Source of the DNA: a virus
Taxonomy: Duplodnaviria > Heunggongvirae > Uroviricota > Caudoviricetes
Length of the DNA stretch: 64,000 nt
Direction: 5' to 3' (one strand)
IMG/VR virus record: IMGVR_UViG_3300020045_008999
Span: 352,001 to 416,000 of that record
Shown: piece after piece, positions 10,505 through 19,275 of the stretch
Layout: each line of letters opens with the position of its first letter
Position numbering within the stretch: position 1 is the stretch's first letter
Position numbers and translations under genes: made by a program
The notes under the pieces: generated by a model
The model's database searches: none
What the model was told of the DNA's origin: nothing
Seen by the model: the letters and a program-made list of their open reading frames with translations, nothing else

Positions 10505-10548
10505 GATTCATACATTTTTTTATATATATTTGTGTAAAAATATAAGCG

Positions 10549-11367
10549 ATGGAAAATATTCAAGTAAATGCCCAAATGATTTCCAATGACTTGTGTGAAA
10601 TTGTACATACGTCTATAAATATCAAAGTTGTTGGGTTGGATAGTAATAATAACATGATTTATTCATATACATTACCTAAACATATTTATGATAACATGGT
10701 CGATGTTGAACCGGAATATCAGTCCTATCAAAATTATATGCTGATGAAAAGAGATTATGTAAAAAGCGGTAAGACTGGTATCTATGGTCTGAAGTACTTG
10801 AAGAAAACTATAGAGTCTAATCTAATATCGACAATTCTGTCAACAATCCTATTTTATTCAAATTACATACATGAACAGTTACATAAAAAAGAACTATTAA
10901 AAACGAAAAAAATATTCATTCGTTTCAAAGGAGCTGAGCATCATAGTAGATGTGACTGGAATGGTGCCTATACTGGTAAGGTGATAAATACAAATTTTCA
11001 GTATTTTATCGGATACGAAATTGCCGAGCTTGAAAAAATATCAATGCGTAATTTTACCGATTCCAATTCAGTGCGTAATATTGTTGAAAATTATTATACA
11101 CTAATTCTTCATTCAACCGGGTCTTTAGTTAGTAGGTCTACCAACTTCCAAGAGGGATCGGTGTTAATGCAACTGTATATGAATCAAAATCGAAAAGAGT
11201 TTCTATTGAACCATAGCATTATTGATTGGACACAAGAGCGTGAAGATTTTTTTAAAAAAATTCAGAATCAGTTAACATCATTGAATACATCACTCACTGA
11301 TTATCTATGTGATTTGGATAATGATAAAGTTGATTTAATAATGACAAAGACTATTTTATTGATTTAG
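10549..11367 (+). CDS. Hypothetical protein
   Basis: 272 aa; TATATTTG (TAnnTTTG) shortly upstream. Confidence 0.75.
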   Translation: MENIQVNAQMISNDLCEIVHTSINIKVVGLDSNNNMIYSYTLPKHIYDNMVDVEPEYQSYQNYMLMKRDYVKSGKTGIYGLKYLKKTIESNLISTILSTILFYSNYIHEQLHKKELLKTKKIFIRFKGAEHHSRCDWNGAYTGKVINTNFQYFIGYEIAELEKISMRNFTDSNSVRNIVENYYTLILHSTGSLVSRSTNFQEGSVLMQLYMNQNRKEFLLNHSIIDWTQEREDFFKKIQNQLTSLNTSLTDYLCDLDNDKVDLIMTKTILLI

Positions 11368-12442
11368 ATGTATGTATTTTGATAATGGCATTTAACTCAT
11401 TTAAAATTCCATTTTTTGTATCATCATCATATTTTTGTTGACTGACATAGTTGGTAATTATGGTATTTATATCCAAATTTGTTTCTACTATATTCACTAA
11501 TTCTACGGAATCTGGCGGGGCGACTTCCGGTTTTGGAATATCATCAACATATTCAACAGATGTGAAATTATTAGTTTCTAGTATTGGGTCTAATATTCTA
11601 CGTATTTTGCGATTTTTAATTAAATTTTGCGAAATTATTACTTCATTATAGTCACTTTTTGTAATTTGTGATAGTTTATCAATATCATCTTCGTTGTTTA
11701 TTAAAATTTTATTAAATTTTGGTGAAATGTTATTTAATATTGATACAACAGTATTGGTTATTGTATCTAAAATTAATATACCCTTATCATTTTGATGATC
11801 CCCTGAATGCATTTGAAATATATTGCCAACAAATTTAAAATTGTCAATTTGTTGTGATATATGTAAGTGTCCGCTAAAAATTTGATTATATCCCACAAAA
11901 TTGGCTATTGATATTTTGTCTTTACTTTTATTCAAGTTTTTAGAACTGTCTGGTATTGCTTCTGCTAAATCAGAATGACAAAATAAATAATTTTTTCCTT
12001 TGTATTTATCTAATAATGTAATTTGGGTTTCTAATTTATTTACCCATGGCATCATAAGTACCGATTTATTAAACAATGTTAACTCAGTAGTCTCGGTGTG
12101 TATGATGACATTGGGTATATGTTTAAATAAACTTAGTGCATTTATTTTATTAGATGATTTTGAATATAAATCACGATTGCCAATTATAATATGTACTTCA
12201 CAAATTTGTGATAATTTTTCTAATATGTGTTGTGCATAGTTTAAAATAGTTATTGGTAGTATGTTACTATTGTCGAAGAAATTGCCAAGTTGAATGATTT
12301 TATCATTCGCACTTAGTTTTGACTTCAATTCTGGAATTAGAAATTTATTAAAATATGTTTGGTGTACCTCTTGCCAATGTTTGATATTGTTTGGATAACC
12401 TAGATTTAAATGTATATCACCAATTAATGCAATTTTTGACAT
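11351..12442 (-). CDS. gp47: T4 gp47/SbcD/Mre11-like metallophosphoesterase nuclease subunit (motifs partly degenerate)
   Basis: GDIH, GNFFD, GNRD, FCHSD, SGHLH in calcineurin-like order. Confidence 0.8.
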   Translation of the reverse strand: MSKIALIGDIHLNLGYPNNIKHWQEVHQTYFNKFLIPELKSKLSANDKIIQLGNFFDNSNILPITILNYAQHILEKLSQICEVHIIIGNRDLYSKSSNKINALSLFKHIPNVIIHTETTELTLFNKSVLMMPWVNKLETQITLLDKYKGKNYLFCHSDLAEAIPDSSKNLNKSKDKISIANFVGYNQIFSGHLHISQQIDNFKFVGNIFQMHSGDHQNDKGILILDTITNTVVSILNNISPKFNKILINNEDDIDKLSQITKSDYNEVIISQNLIKNRKIRRILDPILETNNFTSVEYVDDIPKPEVAPPDSVELVNIVETNLDINTIITNYVSQQKYDDDTKNGILNELNAIIKIHTSKSIK

Positions 12443-12549
12443 ATGCTTCTTATTTATTTATATTGATCATTATATATAAAAAAAAGCATAAAGTTTTAGC
12501 AAGGGGATCGGTATAAAATTATATATAATAAAAAACATAATATAAATAA

Positions 12550-13494
12550 ATGGATGAATCGAAAGAAAATGACGAAGCATTTTTAAGAGAACATTTAAAT
12601 TCCTTAGGATCCGGGGCTGTACCAAGTAATGGTGAACCGGAATCGGTACAGGGCACTAAGTTAGCGGCCAGTAAGATGGGTATGCAGAATTCGAATTTAG
12701 AATATTTATCATTCGATGTCAAAGGATTTCCATGTGGGATGTTTTATGCCCCTGGGACAGTTTTTAAAATTAGGGCGGCCGCAGTTAAAGAGATCCAAGC
12801 ATATTCTATGGTTGATGATAATCTATATGATATAGTGGATAAAATGAATGATATGTTAATGAGTTGTGTACGCATTCAATATGCGGATGGTACATATGGT
12901 ACTTATTTAGATATTCGTGATCCGGATAGATTTTATTTAGTATTTACGATCCGTGAATTGACATTCCAATCCGGTAATAATTTAGTTAGCCCCGCAGTTT
13001 GTAATTGTGGTGATGAAATAAACATTGACTTAGTTCGTAAAAACTTTAAATTTCATATAACTGATGAAAAATTAATGGATTATTTCAGTCCCGCAGAAGG
13101 ATGTTTTGTTTTCCAAATTAATAATGGTAGTGTTTTCAAATTGGCCCCGCCTAAAATTGGCTTACAAAAAGCTTTTACTGAATACATTATTAGTGAAAAT
13201 GCTGCTAAGAAGAAAATTAATCTTTCTTTTTTGAAAAATATACCATTTTTATTATATGATAGAAATACAATTACATATGATGGTATTGTAGCTAAAGTAA
13301 CTGAATATAGTAATATGGATGATGAATCATTTCAATTTTTGAATGAAGTTGTAGGTATGCTCAAATATGGAATTAGTGGTTTGGTAACTAAATGTGGCTG
13401 TGGTTCGGAGGTGCACAGCGAAATGATATTTCCCAACCGAGCGTCAGATCTTTTCCTTGTTTCAAATGCCTTTGAAAAGTTTATTAAAAAATAA
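12550..13494 (+). CDS. gp26: Baseplate hub assembly protein, T4 gp26-like
   Basis: FPCGMFY, IRAAAVKE, DRFYLVFTIRELTF, two CxC(G) pairs; next to tail tube. Confidence 0.65.
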   Translation: MDESKENDEAFLREHLNSLGSGAVPSNGEPESVQGTKLAASKMGMQNSNLEYLSFDVKGFPCGMFYAPGTVFKIRAAAVKEIQAYSMVDDNLYDIVDKMNDMLMSCVRIQYADGTYGTYLDIRDPDRFYLVFTIRELTFQSGNNLVSPAVCNCGDEINIDLVRKNFKFHITDEKLMDYFSPAEGCFVFQINNGSVFKLAPPKIGLQKAFTEYIISENAAKKKINLSFLKNIPFLLYDRNTITYDGIVAKVTEYSNMDDESFQFLNEVVGMLKYGISGLVTKCGCGSEVHSEMIFPNRASDLFLVSNAFEKFIKK

Positions 13495-13711
13495 ATTATT
13501 ACTACAAAAGCATTATCATACACAAGAAGATGCAATGGATAATTGGCCATTTTGGCAATTTGAAGAAAATATTAAAATCATCAACGAGTTAACTGATGAT
13601 GAGGAAGCACAAAGAAAGAAACAGGAATCCGCACAACAGGCTGCTTCGCCTAGCTTCAATCCGAGTTCATATATGAATAAAATGGGTGGTATGGGTGGTA
13701 AATTTAAATAA
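13466..13711 (+). CDS. Small baseplate hub assembly catalyst, T4 gp51-like
   Basis: LLQKHYH...MDNWPFWQFE pattern, overlaps gp26-like gene; ATG at 13466 preferred over TTG 13457. Confidence 0.55.
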   Translation: MPLKSLLKNKLLLQKHYHTQEDAMDNWPFWQFEENIKIINELTDDEEAQRKKQESAQQAASPSFNPSSYMNKMGGMGGKFK

Positions 13712-13740
13712 AAAAGGAATCAAAATGATTCCTTTTTTTA
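13710..13740. terminator. Bidirectional intrinsic terminator
   Basis: aaaaaaggaatca-aaa-tgattcctttttt between convergent genes. Confidence 0.8.
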
Positions 13741-14355
13741 TTATATATAACCCCCAATGAATGGTGGGTCAATTGTGAAGTTACTATTGATGTATTCATC
13801 ATTGAAGAAGTCACTTACGAATTTTGCAGTCACATCTTTCCAGATTTCATTACTTGACCAGTCTAAATCGATCCCGCTCACACCTCTTAATTGTGCATTT
13901 TGGAATGTTACTCTACGTAGTACAACACCTTTTTTATCATGTTGATTAACAATTATAGTACCAATTATATCGGATTTGTAATGTAATGTTCCGTCCTGAG
14001 AATTCCATACTAAATCATACCATGCTTTTACAACGTTCCAGGTTTCCATAGAACCAGAATCATTTACGTTCACATTGAACTTAATATCAAACTCAACGTG
14101 AGTTTGGTCTGGCATGCTTAGAAACGCTCTTGTAGAGTATTTATATCTCTGATCAACGATAGAGATATCTTCTGTTAACGCTAGTGATACACTCAATGCT
14201 TGTTGTAGCATCATAACTGGATCATGTCCTTGTGCTTGTAATATTAATGGTAATATAAAAGTAATCTCAAACAGGTTTAAGAATACTGGCTCCTGAGGTT
14301 TTGTGCCTGGTCCGCCGCTATCGTTCATCGACAAATTAGAGAAGTGTGGTAGCAT
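13741..14355 (-). CDS. gp19: Tail tube protein, T4 gp19-like
   Basis: EPVFLNLFEITF, WYDLVWN, YKSD...GTIIVNQHDKKG, LDWSS, F.SDFF; close to the sheath gene. Confidence 0.8.
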   Translation of the reverse strand: MLPHFSNLSMNDSGGPGTKPQEPVFLNLFEITFILPLILQAQGHDPVMMLQQALSVSLALTEDISIVDQRYKYSTRAFLSMPDQTHVEFDIKFNVNVNDSGSMETWNVVKAWYDLVWNSQDGTLHYKSDIIGTIIVNQHDKKGVVLRRVTFQNAQLRGVSGIDLDWSSNEIWKDVTAKFVSDFFNDEYINSNFTIDPPFIGGYI

Positions 14356-14588
14356 AGTTTTTTATTTTATTTTATATATTAAAACAACCGTTGGTGGTTA
14401 TCTTATTTTATATATATATTAAATAAAAAATATGTTTTTTTGATAAATATTGCATAAAACACAGGCATGTGATAAAAGTGTTATATTGTGGGAATATGTG
14501 TTCTCTGGTTCTCAATTAAAAAGTTATTTTTTTTGTATTGTATCTTTAATTTGTGTATATTTGTACTATTATAATCAATCTCATATTT

Positions 14589-14873
14589 ATGAAAGTAGTT
14601 GAAATTATTAAATCGTTCCGAAATGGAGCGATTAAACATTATTTAGTGATTCCGGATAACGAATGTGATGATATAGACTATTTGGTAGAAAAATGGTGTG
14701 AGTCCGATCCAGCCGGGTCTAATTACGGATATGAGTATGAGTGGGCATATGTTACTGATGTAATACTCATCAACAAAGCGGTTGAAGAAAATATTAATAA
14801 ACTTGACTATACTATTGTTGCGGCTAATAAAAGACGCGCTGAATTGGTAGACTTTATTAAAATTATTAGTTAG
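14589..14873 (+). CDS. Hypothetical protein (accessory insert between tube and sheath)
   Basis: ATG at 14589 after TATATTTG promoter motif. Confidence 0.7.
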   Translation: MKVVEIIKSFRNGAIKHYLVIPDNECDDIDYLVEKWCESDPAGSNYGYEYEWAYVTDVILINKAVEENINKLDYTIVAANKRRAELVDFIKIIS

Positions 14874-14874
14874 T

Positions 14875-15093
14875 ATGAGACAAGCATTTATCATTATATC
14901 ATGGGTGTTGTGTGTAGTAACTATAATACTTTGTTCAATGTTTTCGATAGGAAGCGCGTATGACATACAGGACGTATTATATTGTGATATTTTTAGATTT
15001 ATTTCATCATTCACTGGTGTGTTATTTTGTTGGTGGGTAGGTGTGCTTATATATTGTTTATCATATGATAAATTTAAGGAAACTGATTTTTAA
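14875..15093 (+). CDS. Small two-TM membrane protein
   Basis: 72 aa with two hydrophobic segments. Confidence 0.6.
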   Translation: MRQAFIIISWVLCVVTIILCSMFSIGSAYDIQDVLYCDIFRFISSFTGVLFCWWVGVLIYCLSYDKFKETDF

Positions 15094-15131
15094 AAAAAAA
15101 GCCCAATGTAAATTTACATTGGGCTTTTTTT
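15092..15131. terminator. Bidirectional intrinsic terminator
   Basis: aaaaaagcccaatgtaa-at-ttacattgggctttttt. Confidence 0.85.
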
Positions 15132-15153
15132 AACTATTTTAATTATTTTTAAG

Positions 15154-18100
15154 TTATTGTATTCTAAATCCACTTGATTGAATAGCACCAGTTCTGAGTA
15201 TAGTAACTTCATTTACAATTACTGCTAAATTCTTAGTAATTTCTACGAATGTACTTAAAACACCCATTTGGTTATCAATTAATTCGTCAGTGTTGTTTTC
15301 ATCATCACATTTATTGAAGTATGTATAAAGTCCACCTTTGTTAACATAAGTTCCACATATTATATCGGCTCTCAGTTTAATTTCCGCTCTAACTTCTGGT
15401 GTATTTGTTTTCCATTGGAAATCTAATAGCATCGCAGCTAGATCTCTCTCTAACTCAATAAGCGTTTCACGAGAATGTATAAATGAAAGTGAAGATCTGT
15501 ATAATGTCAGTGCGGTATTTTCCGTTTCGATTACATAACCTCTGTTTCTTTTGAATACAATTGGATTCATTTGTGCAATGTTTAAGAATTCAATATCTTC
15601 ATCTGATAACAATTCTTCTACCCCAGCGATTCCCGTGATTCTTCCATTCGTAATACCGGCAGCCACCGTATATGGTGTGATTGTAGATACATTAGAATTC
15701 GATTTTCTTAGGTAAGTACTCGCTACGAACATTGCTGGTGGTACATCTAATGGACGTCCATTGTCATCTACTGTTAAATATGGTAGAAAGTAACCAGCCG
15801 CTGATACACCATCACCTTCGGCAAATGAATATAAAAATGATGGACTAGATTCTGGATTACCACCTTTGGCAACATATTCCATTTGTAAAACCCCCTCATC
15901 ATTTGTAAATGATGGAGAAGATGAATGTTTGAACGATTTAAGAGACGGCATGTTTATAAATCCAAACACATCTAATCTTTTACCACATATATCAACCAAT
16001 TGTTGTTTAGAAAAATCAGTTAATCCAAGACCAAAACCATCTACTAAATATCTGAAATCAATAGCTTCTTTATTAGTAATCGCTTTGAATAAAGGTGTTC
16101 CTTTAGAAACAAGATTCAATAATGCATTTTGGCGAGATTCAGTTCCATCAGGCATTGATTCAGATCTAACTCTAAAACCTTTTAATGTAATACCATTATA
16201 TGCACCAACATAGTCTTCTAATTTAGTAAATCTAGTTGTTTGTAAATCACCATTGTAATCTGTTTTTTTAATACCACCATCAGTTACTATTTCTACTAAA
16301 GTGTTATCGCCGCTGTATAATCTTTTTGATAGTATTCTTACCATTCTACGTGGTTCTCTATCAGCATCGTAGTCACTACTAGTCAACCAAGTTGATTCCC
16401 AATCAGACTCTAAGAAGTCGCCAACTTTTACCTCAGTATATCTTGCGGCATTTACCAATATTTTATTAGAAATTTGGTCATAGTTATTTGGCACTTCGAT
16501 TTCAACAGTTTGTTTAAAATTAGATTTATTTGAAGTTACTGTAATTGTGTTAGTTACAGTGGATGTTGTATAAGTTCCACCCTCAACCGTTTTGAAATTA
16601 GCAACCATCCCGGATACGGTATCGAACATTTCTAAATATACTTCATTAAGACCATCTTTGAAGTAATCGCCGCTATTGATGACACCTTGTTGAAAATTAA
16701 CACTGAAATCCGACCACGCTGATACTACACCATTTGTGGTAGTAGCTACTGAATTGGTTTCCGATAACATAGATGTTCCTAGAATCATCTCATTGTCTAA
16801 TTTGTAAACGATTAGGTTACCTGCTAAAACATAACTAAGGTTCGCTGCTGGTAAGTTAGTAACAATAGTTACCGACTTATTGTTTATAGTATTCGTAGTG
16901 ATATTCTTAACACTCATTGATGAGAATAAAGCTTTGTCGAATGCTGTGTTTAATACAATAGCTGCTTTCGAGCTATTGTTTGAATTTACAAGACTTAGTA
17001 AATAGTTAAAAGCTTTTAGTTTTCTATATTTCGCATAATCAGCGGTTGTAATAGAACCTGATGTATTTAAAAATTCAATTTTAAGCTCAGCACTTGCCAC
17101 AGATCCTACATTAGTGATTGTGTAATCCGTACCTAATATTAGATCGACGAATCCAGTAGTGTTAGTTACCGTAATATCTTTGAACGAATTTGGATTTAGT
17201 ATCATTGCACCATCGATAACTGAAAATTCTAATGTTGAAAGAACAATATCAGTAGCGTCAACTTGTGGTAAAGTTGTAAGTCCAACTCCACCAACCTGAG
17301 AAATTACACCGGCTGCATTTAATTTATATGCATATTTGTATGATGCGGTTGCACCAACACTTTCTGGGAAACTTGCAGTACCACCAGTAAATGTGAATGT
17401 TTTAGATTCAAATTCAACTAAATTTTCACCTATAATTGCAAATGCATCTGGTGCACTAGTAAAGGCTACTGATACGGATGCAGTTGCACCAGTATAAACA
17501 CTTGTTAGTCCATCTACATATCCCTCGGCATAGAATCCAGTTCTATTAGTTGTTGTTGGTTCAGCATGTGCAGTAGCACCAATTGTAAATACGTTACCCA
17601 CCCTATCAAGAAGCGTATTTTCATAAACAATATCTTCAACTATTATTTCATTATATGATAAGAAATTAAATGCGGTAGCACCAGATCCTACGATTGAATT
17701 ACCAATTAAGTCAATTTTATTATTTTGAACTTCGGTTTCGAATAAATCACTATTAAATGCACAGAATATACCAGTTTTATCGGTATCTCTGTTCAATACA
17801 GTCTCTATGAATACATTAGTATCATTTGAGTTTCTGAAGTATGGGATTAATGATAGTCCTTCGTAAAACCCTAAATTATTCACTAAAGAATCATTTGCGA
17901 AGTTGTAAATTTGATCTTTTTTCAATCCGGATGTGTTGAAATATCTAGACCATTTCGCATCAGTTGATAATGTTGCATAATCAGACCACTCACCACCAAT
18001 TATCATTACATCTACCATGAAATCAGATGCCCAATCTGCTTGATTTAAATAAGTTGGTAATTTATCAACAGACCCGTACCATTCGAGTAGAGTTCTATCG

Positions 18101-18639
18101 TATCCGGTTATTTTAGATTTGAATATAAACACAGTAGCGAATTTATCACTTAAATTTGTTAGATTTAAGACTCTATTATCATCACCTACTTGACTGGCAT
18201 CCAAATTGACTAAATTAATGAAGGCATCGGTATCTCTTTTCCAAAAACCAGTAGTATCAAAGAATTTTCTATAGGCACCACTCCTAGTAATATCATTACT
18301 AAAAATAGCTGATGTTGAAAGTGATTTATAATCAATTATATCTAGATTATCGTCAGTTAGTAATAGATTTATAGCATAAACTGGACTAGACTCTATTAAT
18401 TTACCAATGGTTCTGTGGAAAAAAGATCCTTTTCTTTCTAAATTTCTATCAATAGTTCCAAATATTTTATCAACGTCTCCGCTATTTGTTATTAATACTG
18501 GTGTGTTAACCGGTCCTTTTTTAGAAAACCCAATAACCATGGTTGAAAGTCCTTCAACAGTTGGACTAGATAACACTGAGTCATCTATCTCAACGCTAAA
18601 TATGCCTGGTCTTTTATACTTTCCAATTTGAATTGCCAT
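15154..18639 (-). CDS. gp18: Contractile tail sheath protein, T4 gp18-like (enlarged)
   Basis: KRPGIFSVEID, GFSKKGPVNTPV, AGITNGRI, MNPIVFKRNRG, CDDENNTDELIDN; 1161 aa. Confidence 0.92.
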   Translation of the reverse strand: MAIQIGKYKRPGIFSVEIDDSVLSSPTVEGLSTMVIGFSKKGPVNTPVLITNSGDVDKIFGTIDRNLERKGSFFHRTIGKLIESSPVYAINLLLTDDNLDIIDYKSLSTSAIFSNDITRSGAYRKFFDTTGFWKRDTDAFINLVNLDASQVGDDNRVLNLTNLSDKFATVFIFKSKITGYDRTLLEWYGSVDKLPTYLNQADWASDFMVDVMIIGGEWSDYATLSTDAKWSRYFNTSGLKKDQIYNFANDSLVNNLGFYEGLSLIPYFRNSNDTNVFIETVLNRDTDKTGIFCAFNSDLFETEVQNNKIDLIGNSIVGSGATAFNFLSYNEIIVEDIVYENTLLDRVGNVFTIGATAHAEPTTTNRTGFYAEGYVDGLTSVYTGATASVSVAFTSAPDAFAIIGENLVEFESKTFTFTGGTASFPESVGATASYKYAYKLNAAGVISQVGGVGLTTLPQVDATDIVLSTLEFSVIDGAMILNPNSFKDITVTNTTGFVDLILGTDYTITNVGSVASAELKIEFLNTSGSITTADYAKYRKLKAFNYLLSLVNSNNSSKAAIVLNTAFDKALFSSMSVKNITTNTINNKSVTIVTNLPAANLSYVLAGNLIVYKLDNEMILGTSMLSETNSVATTTNGVVSAWSDFSVNFQQGVINSGDYFKDGLNEVYLEMFDTVSGMVANFKTVEGGTYTTSTVTNTITVTSNKSNFKQTVEIEVPNNYDQISNKILVNAARYTEVKVGDFLESDWESTWLTSSDYDADREPRRMVRILSKRLYSGDNTLVEIVTDGGIKKTDYNGDLQTTRFTKLEDYVGAYNGITLKGFRVRSESMPDGTESRQNALLNLVSKGTPLFKAITNKEAIDFRYLVDGFGLGLTDFSKQQLVDICGKRLDVFGFINMPSLKSFKHSSSPSFTNDEGVLQMEYVAKGGNPESSPSFLYSFAEGDGVSAAGYFLPYLTVDDNGRPLDVPPAMFVASTYLRKSNSNVSTITPYTVAAGITNGRITGIAGVEELLSDEDIEFLNIAQMNPIVFKRNRGYVIETENTALTLYRSSLSFIHSRETLIELERDLAAMLLDFQWKTNTPEVRAEIKLRADIICGTYVNKGGLYTYFNKCDDENNTDELIDNQMGVLSTFVEITKNLAVIVNEVTILRTGAIQSSGFRIQ

Positions 18640-18738
18640 ATTGTATTGTTTTTATTTTATAGTATATATAAAAATAAAAAATCCACTTTTTCCTTATTTT
18701 GAAGAAGTGGATACTTTATTTAATAATGTTTTATAATC

Positions 18739-19272
18739 TTAACTACCAATTGTTTTGCTATCAGATTTCATTTTATTTTGTAATTCTTTCATCTCATCAA
18801 TTGCTTTAGATTCTAACTCGGCCATTTCTTTCATAATGTCGTTTATCTTGGTCTTTTTATCCGCTATACTTGTCTCGATTCCCTTATTTTGTTCGATAAT
18901 TGTATCCTTTAAATCTGGATCCAAATTCATTTTTTTAGAATTTTCGGTTAATGAATTTTGTAACAAGTCTAGTTGTTTTTTTATGTTAAAGACTTGGCGA
19001 CTTTTTGATGCAACCGATGCCCAAGATGCTAGTAGTGGATTTGTGAATTGTACCCCATCCCCATCTTTATTAATAAGACCCTTTGAGAGTAATTTGCTTC
19101 TTAAATCTTTTTGATCTATGAAATCTCGATAAATAACATCAACTGAACTTTTCTTATTTTTGAATTCGGAAATCCAATCATTCATTTGATTTATTGAAAT
19201 TTTTGCAGATGATATGCTAGGATCCTCAGTTGGTGAAAGGTCGTAATTCTCGAATGTTTTTAAGTGTTTCAT
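18739..19272 (-). CDS. Coiled-coil protein with N-terminal MKHLKTFENY motif (putative internal head protein)
   Basis: 177 aa; shared N-terminal motif. Confidence 0.7.
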   Translation of the reverse strand: MKHLKTFENYDLSPTEDPSISSAKISINQMNDWISEFKNKKSSVDVIYRDFIDQKDLRSKLLSKGLINKDGDGVQFTNPLLASWASVASKSRQVFNIKKQLDLLQNSLTENSKKMNLDPDLKDTIIEQNKGIETSIADKKTKINDIMKEMAELESKAIDEMKELQNKMKSDSKTIGS

Positions 19273-19275
19273 AAG

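Noticed and set aside
13440-13500. Programmed -1 frameshift between gp26-like and gp51-like ORFs (tail chaperone style)
   Set aside because: Downstream ORF is in the +1 frame and has its own ATG at 13466; no clear slippery heptamer
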